From positions 736,001 through 800,000 of the forward strand of contig CAWCNS010000011.1 in the NCBI GenBank assembly GCA_963796965.1: a stretch of 64,000 nucleotides of DNA, read 5' to 3'. Positions 55,369-64,000 of the stretch are shown here, in pieces. Numbering within the stretch: position 1 is the stretch's first letter; every line of letters begins with the position of its first letter. A program made the position numbers and the translations under genes. The stretch comes from Calditrichia bacterium. Its GTDB lineage: Bacteria > Calditrichota > Calditrichia > JAJRVZ01. The notes beneath the pieces were generated by a model. That model ran no database searches. It had not been told where the DNA came from and saw nothing but the letters and a program-made list of their open reading frames with translations.

Positions 55369-55758
55369 ATGGCAAATCAAATGGCAGAGAAAAGAAGATT
55401 TAATCGCGTTCCATTTTCGTACAATGACAATATTATTGGTACTTTTATTCGTCCGGGAACCAGCAAAAAAATTATTGCCCATATATTAAATTTATCTGTT
55501 CAGGGTCTGTATTTTTCACTCAAGAAAAATGAAATTTCAGATATAGAAGAACATGAAAAATTAGTTCTGTTAGATATCAAAGTACCCCGTAATGATGATT
55601 TTATTTTAAATATCGAGATGGAGATCCGGCGAATTTTAGACCATCCGGAACTTGAACACATTGGATTTGGATGTAATTTTATAACATTTCCTGAAAGCAG
55701 TCGGGATCAAATTCGCCGCTTTCTTGAGGTCTGGTTTTTGGAAGGTCGCGAAGGATAA
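55369..55758 (+). CDS. PilZ domain protein
   Basis: c-di-GMP motifs RRFNR (RxxxR) and NLSVQG (D/NxSxxG). Confidence 0.8.
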   Translation: MANQMAEKRRFNRVPFSYNDNIIGTFIRPGTSKKIIAHILNLSVQGLYFSLKKNEISDIEEHEKLVLLDIKVPRNDDFILNIEMEIRRILDHPELEHIGFGCNFITFPESSRDQIRRFLEVWFLEGREG

Positions 55759-55767
55759 AATCGCAAG

Positions 55768-56979
55768 TTGGACAGGACAAGCCGTATAATGTTATCAGAT
55801 AGAATAAATAGAATTAACGAATCTCCAACCGCAGAAATCGCCGCAGTGGCCAGCCAAATGAAACGCGATAGGGTCGATATTGTTGATCTGAGTATCGGAG
55901 AACCTGATTTCCCAACACCTCAAAATGTTAAAAAAGCGGCATTTTTTGGTATCAATCATAACCATACAAAGTATACACTCATCCCCGGGACAATTGAGCT
56001 GCGCGAGGCAATCGCAAAAAAGTTAAAATCAGATAATAATCTTGATTATAATATCGATAATATTATTGTCTCAAATGGCGCAAAACACGCCATTTTCAAC
56101 ATTATTCTAACTTTGATAAATACAAACGACGAGGTCATTATACCCTCACCTTACTGGGTATCCTATCCGGAAATGGTATCCATCGCCGATGGTAAGTCCA
56201 TAATTGTTCCAACTTCTGATGAAACCAACTTCAAACTATTGCCAGAGCAATTATCTAAAGCCATTTCTCCCCGTACAAAAATGTTGATACTATGCAATCC
56301 TTCAAATCCGAGCGGAGCGGTATATTCCAAATCTGAGTTACAGGCATTGGCTGAGATTGTTGAAGGTAAAGATCTTTTCGTGATTTCCGACGAAATTTAT
56401 GAGAAACTGATTTATGACAATTTAAAATTCACCAGTTTTGCAGAGATGAGTCCGACGATTAAAAAGCAAACGATTGTCGTAAATGGGCTTTCAAAAGCCT
56501 ACGCCATGATGGGTTGGCGCATTGGCTACGCAGCCGGAGAGAGAGAAATCATTCGTGGCGCAACTAAGTTACAAAGCAACAGCACAACTAACGCCAGTTC
56601 GGTATCACAATTTGCAGCAGTTGAAGCATTAACCGGACCACAAGAAGAAATAAAACGGATGCATCACTTTTTTGAAGATAGACGAGACTTTATCTATAGT
56701 AGTCTTTCTGCCATTGAGGGTATCTCATGCTGTAAACCCAACGGCGCATTTTACGCCTTCCCTAAAGTCTCAAGATTTTTTGGATCTAATTCTTCCCAGG
56801 GAATTATTAATAATTCAAAAGACTTTGCCCTGTATTTATTAAATGAGGCGCGAATTGTACTCGTGCCAGGCGTTGCATTTGGCTCCGATGATCATATCAG
56901 GATATCCTACGCCACCTCTATGGATAGGTTGGAAGAGGGAATGTCCAGGTTAGAATCTGCAATAAAAAAACTACATTAA
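55768..56979 (+). CDS. Aspartate aminotransferase-like PLP enzyme
   Basis: GEPDF, PYWVSY, NPSNPSG, SDEIYE and SKAYAMMGWRIGY. Confidence 0.92.
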   Translation: MDRTSRIMLSDRINRINESPTAEIAAVASQMKRDRVDIVDLSIGEPDFPTPQNVKKAAFFGINHNHTKYTLIPGTIELREAIAKKLKSDNNLDYNIDNIIVSNGAKHAIFNIILTLINTNDEVIIPSPYWVSYPEMVSIADGKSIIVPTSDETNFKLLPEQLSKAISPRTKMLILCNPSNPSGAVYSKSELQALAEIVEGKDLFVISDEIYEKLIYDNLKFTSFAEMSPTIKKQTIVVNGLSKAYAMMGWRIGYAAGEREIIRGATKLQSNSTTNASSVSQFAAVEALTGPQEEIKRMHHFFEDRRDFIYSSLSAIEGISCCKPNGAFYAFPKVSRFFGSNSSQGIINNSKDFALYLLNEARIVLVPGVAFGSDDHIRISYATSMDRLEEGMSRLESAIKKLH

Positions 56980-56993
56980 CATAAAACCCGGCA

Positions 56994-57422
56994 TTAAAAT
57001 TTTCGACGAATTTTTTTCCATAACCCCGATCCAATAAATTTATCAGCCGCAGAAATAATATTTTTTAAAGCCGTTAGAATATCCTGATCTCCTGCCCATA
57101 ATTCCCGTACAATACTGGAATCTGTCTCATTAATATACTGGTTAATCACATAAGCTGTTAAAGCAATATCATCAAAATAACCCAACGGGCCAAGGAACAG
57201 TTCCGGTAAGAGGTCAATAGGCGAAATGAAATATGCAATGACACCCACAAATTTTAACTTTTTATCCGAAGGAACTCGTTCATCAATGCTAAGTTTTACT
57301 AGTAAATGAAACAGATCAGGCGCAAGCAACAAAAATTCGGCATAGGGGGTTTCATGTTTTTGTAAAAATGCATTAATCTTAGTTCTTAATTTTACATAAA
57401 AATCTTTTTGTTTTTCATCCAT
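56994..57422 (-). CDS. YkvA/DUF1232 family membrane protein
   Basis: AYFISPIDLLPE..GPLGYFDD. Confidence 0.88.
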   Translation of the reverse strand: MDEKQKDFYVKLRTKINAFLQKHETPYAEFLLLAPDLFHLLVKLSIDERVPSDKKLKFVGVIAYFISPIDLLPELFLGPLGYFDDIALTAYVINQYINETDSSIVRELWAGDQDILTALKNIISAADKFIGSGLWKKIRRKF

Positions 57423-57450
57423 TGACTTGTGCCTTTAAGATTATTTTTTT

Positions 57451-57632
57451 CACCGCAAGGACGCAAAGAAGGCGCAAAGCACGCTAAGATTTTAAGATCA
57501 AATTTTGGGAATCTATACTTAAATCTTAGATGCTGAAACAAGTTCAGCATGACGACTAAGATGCGCTATGCTTTGTGATTTGTTAGGAAAATATCTTTGC
57601 GTGCTTTGCGCCTTCTTTGCGTCTTTGCGTTT
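57451..57632. repeat. Inverted-repeat element, CGCAAAG family, with a nested REP-like hairpin
   Basis: 40-bp arms matching at 36/40 positions enclose atgctgaa-acaag-ttcagcat at 57530-57550. Confidence 0.9.
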
Positions 57633-57741
57633 AAATTATTGATATTGCATTTATTTTATACTTCCTGGATCAAAATTGCAAATCGACCATTGGGATTTTT
57701 TTTAAAACTTATGTAAATTGCCCACCAATTAAAAACTAAGT

Positions 57742-58505
57742 ATGGAACATATTATGTCTGTTTATAATAGTCTTTTAACATCCTATGAAAATAACAAAGC
57801 GGGTTATTGGGTATTAATTGATCCCGATGATTTACCCGTAGACAAAATCCCTTCCTTTATGGAACGACTTAAAAAAAGTGACGTTGATATTATTCTCATT
57901 GGCGGGAGCCTAATTATCAATTCCGATTTTGAGCATTTTGTAGGAGAGATTAAAAATCATTCAGGGTCTATACCGGTTGTCCTTTTCCCTGGAGGTGCTT
58001 ACCAGGTGAGCCCTCAGGCCGATGCCATCTTATTTTTGTCTTTATTGAGTGGTCGCGAAGCCTATCACCTTATTTCAAACCAAGTCATGGCAGCGCCAAT
58101 AGTCCACAGAAGCAAACTTGAGCCTATATCGACCGCCTACATGCTTGTCGAATCGGGGAAGCCTACTTCGGCTCAATTTATGAGTGGTACCACACCTCTT
58201 CCAAGGGATAAACCCGATATTGCCGTCGCCCATGCTTTGCAGCCCAATATCTGGGATTTAAGTTAATTTACCTGGAAGCAGGAAGCGGCGCGGAATTATC
58301 GGTTCCCGAAGAAATGATTGCTGCTGTGTCCAGAACCGTTGATATTCCATTGATTATAGGTGGGGGAATCCAAACACCCGAGCAAGCGGCAGCCAAAGTG
58401 GCCGCCGGGGCTTCTTTTATCGTAACGGGGAACATTCTTGAAAATAACCATCAGCAGAACTTGATTTCCGCATTTGCTGATGCAGTTCACAATACACAAT
58501 CTTAG
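57742..58505 (+). CDS. Geranylgeranylglyceryl phosphate synthase family protein, group II-like (frameshift near 58240)
   Basis: LIDPD, IGGS, LFPG, ADAILF.SLLSGR, YLEAGSGA, GGGI and VTGN, across two ORFs. Confidence 0.9.
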
Positions 58506-58593
58506 CTCACATCTAAAAATTTCGAATATGATGCTATTTTTCCCGAAATATTTGATTTTTTTAGCAAAAATTTTACTAAACGAGATAATGATT

Positions 58594-58747
58594 TTCTCGC
58601 AAAGACGCTCCCGATAAATATGTCGTCATCCAGACGACTTATCCGGGATAAAATCATCAATGATTTCAAAATATGCAAAGAATTATATAATTTTAAATAT
58701 TTTTAATTCGTGAAATTCGTCAAAATTCGTGATAATTTGTGGATAAG
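58594..58747. repeat. Composite repeat cluster
   Basis: ttctcgcaaagacgc, then hairpin tcccgataa...gtcgtc-atcca-gacgac-ttatccggga, then aattcgtgaaattcgtcaaaattcgtgataatttgtggataag. Confidence 0.65.
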
Positions 58748-58914
58748 TTATTTTTGATTGCAGCGTAGTGCCGCAGTATGATTTTATTGAGATAGAATGT
58801 GTTCTTCATCAATAAATGTGATGATCAAACTTTTCATATTTCCCATGAGCGAGAAAAAACGCCGATATATTTACAAAACCGGCTGAGCGGACAGGATATA
58901 TCCATAATGAAAAA

Positions 58915-59607
58915 ATGACAAAAAAGAACGCCTTAATCATTTTTATTAAAACACCGTTTCCCAATCAGGTTAAAACACGTTTGCAGCCACAGATATCAGG
59001 TGAAGATTCAGCACGACTCTATAGTGCGTTCCTCAGGGATATTGACAATCATTTTACTGGAAATGATACCTTTGATTGCTGGTATGCTATTTCTCCAGAA
59101 AGATTTGACCAGAATAACTTAGCAGATCTGGTCACTCTTTCAAATTATTATTTGCAGAATGGATTGGATCTTGGTGAGCGGATGGCGAATGCCTTTGAAT
59201 ATCTTTTTAATAAAGGCTATGAGAAGATTATACTCATGGGAAGTGATGTTCCAACACTTACAGTCGACACGATTGTTGAATCATTCGGATTGCTTAACAC
59301 CTCCGACTGTGTATTAGGACCAGGTTTTGATGGCGGCTATTATTTAATTGGGATGAAAAAATTGTATTCATGAAATTATTTAAGGATATTGCCTGGAGCA
59401 CCTCTAGCAGTATTTGATGAAACAATGACACGTATAGCCGGAAATGATATTTCAGTCAACACTTTGAATCCTATGAGAGATATTGACACCTTTGAAGAAT
59501 TAAAAAAATTGTATCAGGGACTTCAGAGAGCAGATAAAAAATCACGCAGATTTCCCTAGCCATACCTGGGAAGTATGTATTGGAACTGATTTGCTAAAGA
59601 CACGTAA
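58915..59607 (+). CDS. TIGR04282/DUF2064-family glycosyltransferase-like protein (frameshifted)
   Basis: IFIK.P..QVKTRL, DLGERM, GSDVP and VLGP..DGGYYLIG. The C-terminal IAWST and DIDT lie in other frames. Confidence 0.82.
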
Positions 59608-59630
59608 TCGTCCCGCGAGCAAATAGAAAA

Positions 59631-59784
59631 TATTTCGCAAAGAATCCAAGGCGCAGAATTAAAATAATTAAAGACACAAATTGATTTAAAAATTCCAGGA
59701 TATCAGTTAACAATTTATATTTAGTAAATTTGTTATTATTTATTTTGTATTAATCATTTCGGCTTTGCGGCTCTGCGAGAAATA
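59631..59784. repeat. Degenerate inverted-repeat element, CGCAAAG family
   Basis: tatttcgcaaagaatccaaggcgcag, an AT-rich spacer, then ggctttgcggctctgcgagaaata. Confidence 0.6.
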
Positions 59785-59819
59785 AAAAAATAACATATAA
59801 GCAAGATGAAGGAGAATAA

Positions 59820-60759
59820 ATGAGTATGAATTATTTGGTAACCGGCGGTGCCGGATTTATAGGATCAAATATTGCCGAAACATTGGTAAAAAATGGCGAG
59901 AATGTAAGGGTGATTGATAATTTCCTAACAGGCAAACCTGAAAATATGCAATCCATTTAAAGATAAAATAGATTTTATTGAGGGAGATATCCGTTCGCAG
60001 GAGACAATGAAAAAAGCGGTTGAAGATATTGATTATATTATTCATCAGGCGGCCCTGCCTTCAGTACCAAAATCAGTTGATCTTCCTCTGGAAAGCAATG
60101 ACCACAATATCAACGGCACTCTTAATGTCTTATACGCGGCCAAAGAGGCTAAGGTTAAACGGGTTGTTTATGCGGCCTCCTCTTCAGCCTATGGTGATCA
60201 ACCGCAATCGCCCAAAGTGGAGACCATGCGTCCTATGCCCCTTTCACCTTATGCCGTAAACAAGTTAACCGGTGAATATTACTGTGCCGCATTTACAAAG
60301 GTTTATGGTCTGGAAACAGTGGCTTTAAGATATTTTAATGTATTTGGTCCCCGTCAGGATCCAACCTCATTTTATTCTGCCGTAATCCCCAAATTTATTT
60401 CTGCTCTTTTAAAAGATGAAGCCCCAACCATCTTTGGTGATGGTGAGACAAGCCGGGATTTTACTTATATTGATAATGTGGTTCACGCTAATCTGTCTGG
60501 CCTGTAAAGCGCCTAATGCTGCCGGAACGGTTTATAATACTGCCTGCGGTGAAAGCGTGACCTTAAATCAACTATATGAAGGCATCCAAAAGATCCTTGG
60601 AAAATCTATTGCGGCGAGTATGCTGATGCCCGTATAGGCGATGTCAAACATTCCCTTGCCGATATATCAAAAGCCAAAGAGGTTCTTGGTTATGAAGTAT
60701 TCGTACCCTTTGAGGAAGGATTAGAAAAAACCGCCAACTGGTTTGTCGAGAATCAATAA
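59820..60759 (+). CDS. NAD-dependent nucleotide-sugar epimerase (WbpP/TviC-like UDP-GlcNAc 4-epimerase; frameshifts)
   Basis: TGGAGFIGS from ATG 59820, [28 protein letters not shown] and RDFTY. Confidence 0.88.
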
Positions 60760-60917
60760 TAATTTGAACTTTGCCGAAATATTTTATACAATCGTTTTTG
60801 CCCAGCCAACCATTTAAAAGAAATCTACATCGTACAATGTAGAGGCCTGGCGATCGGCCACGACAAACATCGTTATTCACTAAAATTAATAATTTATACA
60901 AAGAGTGTAAATAAACT

Positions 60918-61883
60918 ATGAATATTTTAATTACCGGTGCAGCAGGATTTATTGGATCTCATTTATCTGAGGATTTAGCCAAAGGAGGACATAAAATCTT
61001 CGGAATTGATAGTTTTACAGACTATTATAAATATGAACTCAAATCTCAAAATCGCGATAGCATATGCAGGCATGGCGTTGATTTTCAAAGGTCGACCTCG
61101 TAACAGACGATCTATCGCCTGTACTTGAAGATATCGAAATAATCTATCATCTTGCTGCTCAGCCCGGCATTTCTGCCTCTACGCCATTTCAATTATATCT
61201 CCAGAATAATATCATCGCCACCCATCGATTAGTAGAAGCAGCTTTACAGTCACCTTCGCTAAAGTTGTTTGTAAATATATCAACCTCTTCGGTATACGGT
61301 GCTGGCGCTACCGGTGATGAATTAACAGAAACCAGACCAACATCTTATTATGGTGTGACAAAACTGGCCGCAGAACAATTGGTAATGGCAGCCAATCGCG
61401 ACAAGGATCTTCCGGCTTGCTCCATGAGATTGTTTTCAGTTTATGGGCCACGCGAGCGTCCGGAAAAACTTTATCCCCGCTTAATTGATGCTATTTTAAA
61501 TAAAAAAATATTCCCCTTATTTGAGGGAAGTAAAAACCACATTCGCAGACTATACCTATATTGATGATATTATCCTCGGTTTAGAAGCAATCCTTAAGAA
61601 TATTGATCGCTGTAAAGGGGAGATTATTAATCTTGGAACTGATCAGACAATTTCCACAGGGGAAGGAATTGAAATTGTTGAAAAAATTATGGGTAAATCT
61701 GCAAGTATAAAAATAAGGCAAAGACGACCGGGAGACCAGGAGAAAACCCACGCTAACATTGAGAAGGCCCGAAAAATACTAAACTATAATCCCACCGTTG
61801 AAGCTGCAGAAGGCCTTGCAAAAGAAGTAGATTGGTATCAAAACAATATTTATAAAAAAATTGAATTATATTCAGATCAATAA
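60918..61883 (+). CDS. NAD-dependent nucleotide-sugar epimerase/dehydratase (frameshifts)
   Basis: TGAAGFIGS, HLAAQPG, STSSVYG, YGVTK and VYGPRERP, across three ORFs. Confidence 0.88.
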
Positions 61884-62001
61884 CCCCGATTCAGCCTTTG
61901 AATAATACCAGTTTTCTATTGTATATTTCAACTGTTTCCAAATTATATCATCATAACTCAATAACATTTCAGAGATAATTGGAAGTTTAATCAATAATCA
62001 T

Positions 62002-63136
62002 ATGAAAATTTTATTCCTGATAAATTCACTGCAAAGAAATGGTGCTGAACGGATTGCCCTGGCTCTGCTTGCTTATTTATCAGAAAATATAACGCAGGAT
62101 ACATATATTTTATATACTCTGGAAGATACGGACAATCCTCTTTCTGTTCCGCCCGGTATCGAGCATTTCCATGGTTACAAGGACGTAACATCGAATTCCT
62201 TTAAGTTTTTTGTTTTACCTCTTCATGCTCTGCGTCTGAGAAAATTAATAAAGAAAAAAAAAATTGATTCAGCTATCAGTTTTTTGGGTCGTGCAAATTA
62301 CGTAAACCTTTTGACCAGAATGATGAGATCAAAACACCACTGCATCATCAGTGAAAGGAATATTCCGAGCCTCATATATAACACTAATAATATACCAGAT
62401 GTGTTAAACCGTTTTCTCAAGCGATGGTTGTATCCTTATAGCGATACAATAATTGCTATTTCTCAGGGCGTAAAAAAAGATCTTATTAATAATTTTGGCA
62501 TATCAGAAAAGAAAATTTCCGTCATATATAATCCACTAAATATTGATGAAATTGAAAAAAAATCATTAGCGCCAGTAGATAATAAATGGCTAAAAGCGAA
62601 AGATAAAAAAATTATTATCACCGTTGGCCGGTTAGAAAAACCAAAAAACCAGCAAATGTTGATGCACGCTTTCAAAAAGGTTATAAAATCATTACCCCAA
62701 TCTCGTCTGATCATCATCGGGGAAGGCTCACTTAGAGTACCACTTTTAGATTTGGCCAAAAATCTTGGAATTAATTCAGGAATTGATTTGGTAGGATACC
62801 AGAATAATCCCTACGCCTATCTGAGTAAAGCCGATCTTTTTGTGCTATCATCCAGCAGCGAAGGATTTGGGAATGTCATCCCTGAAGCCATGGCTTGTGG
62901 CTGTCCGGTGATATCAACCGACTGCCCCTCCGGGCCCGGAGAGATCATAACAAATGGTAAAGATGGAATTTTAATAGCAGTTGATGACGTCGAAAAAATG
63001 AGTAAAAGCTATTATTTCTCTCCTCGATGATAATAAAAGCAGGGAGGACTTGATAATAAACGCCAGGGAAAGAGCTGCCGATTTCAAACTATCTTTAATC
63101 GCTAAGAAATATTATGAAAAATTATTAATAAATTAA
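62002..63136 (+). CDS. GT4 glycosyltransferase (PglJ-like; frameshift near 63005)
   Basis: GAER, VGRL..PKN, NPY..L..AD and EGFGNVIPEAMACG..STDCPSGPGEI. Confidence 0.9.
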
Positions 63137-63207
63137 TAGAATAAGCGAGATATATTAGGGCAAGAGAATATAACTAACGGGCAATATTTTTAAAAATCAC
63201 CTATTAA

Positions 63208-64000
63208 ATGCAGAATACCAATAAACAGAATATTCATAAAATATTTTCTTCTTCAGTATCCTATTCTTCTGAAGAAATAAAACTTGACTCAGGTATAATT
63301 ATATGGATATCACAGACTTGTATAAAAATTATAATACCCTTTGCCACACTCGGCAGCTTGTTTTATAAAATCAGTGATAATGTGCTCGAGATCAGTAATG
63401 ATCTGAGGATGCTTTACACAGGCAAAGAAGTCCTTGATTCAGCTGGAATAAACTCACTCCTAATCTTTGGGGCAGTAGTCCCTCCCCTTTCACCTTTTAA
63501 GAATATAAAATCTTTTATACCTGGATTTAAATATGAAATAAATCCAAATACATTTGAAATAAAGTCTGAGATAGACTGTCATTGGTCCATCCCTAAAAAA
63601 GAAGATTTTAATATGAATATGGATGACCAGGTTTTATATTTAACAAACAGATTAAATAATGCACTCAAAGATATTTGTCCGGAAATGAATCCAATTGTAT
63701 TATTTAGTGGCGGGATCGATTCTAGTGTCATGGCATTGATAATCAAGGAGATGGGCTGGTATGATGCCTCCTATTTGCATTACACTTTTGGTAAAGATGA
63801 TAAAGAAACTATAATTTCTAAGAAAATTGCGGCCTTCCTTGATATCAGTATAGATATCGTTCCGGGTGATCCGAAGATAGGTTTCAGTCTGTTTACAAAG
63901 GGCCGCGGAGATATTTCAGGAACCATTTTGTAATCATGGGGCTGTTCAATCATTTTCTCTGGCTCATGCAATAATTTCAACTTACTCTAACGATCGAATT
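63208..64000 (+). CDS. Asparagine-synthase-like ATP pyrophosphatase protein (partial, frameshifted)
   Basis: PP-loop VLFSGGIDSS, YTFG..DKE..I..KIA and a shifted-frame QEPF. It sits in polysaccharide-cluster context. Confidence 0.7.

Noticed and set aside
8581..59784. Intergenic repeats as a CRISPR or TIGR-like array
   Set aside because: They are dispersed inverted pairs, not regularly spaced direct repeats with unique spacers, and no cas genes are present.

Overview
This AT-rich bacterial chromosomal window is most consistent with an FCB-related, Calditrichota-like lineage. That placement is inferred from a FlgD/T9SS-type 'YSLGQNYPNPFN' C-terminal domain, a group II GGGP synthase and a short EF-Ts. 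Most of the window is core genes: tsaD, mutM, trxB, frr-pyrH-tsf-rpsB, rpsI-rplM, pyrR-pyrB-pyrC with a PyrR attenuator, tRNA-Val(CAC), mreBCD-mrdA-rodA and purNH. Accessory genes include a GH106 glycoside hydrolase, a C1 peptidase, Ni-SOD, an orphan DNA methyltransferase and a Gly-rich repeat protein. There is also a divergent envelope locus (two radical SAM paralogues, three GT2s, a flippase-like protein and Wzi) and the start of a polysaccharide cluster at the right end. Many genes, including essential ones, carry single-base frameshifts, which most likely are long-read assembly errors. The most striking unexplained structure is non-coding. Many intergenic regions hold gene-less inverted-repeat elements from at least three families (CGCAAAG/CACAAAG units, CCACGAATT units and 7-bp-period repeats), and several have smaller GC-rich hairpins nested inside them. 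No transposase or nuclease gene is present in the window. A cluster of three tandem DnaA boxes lies at about 25.0 kb.
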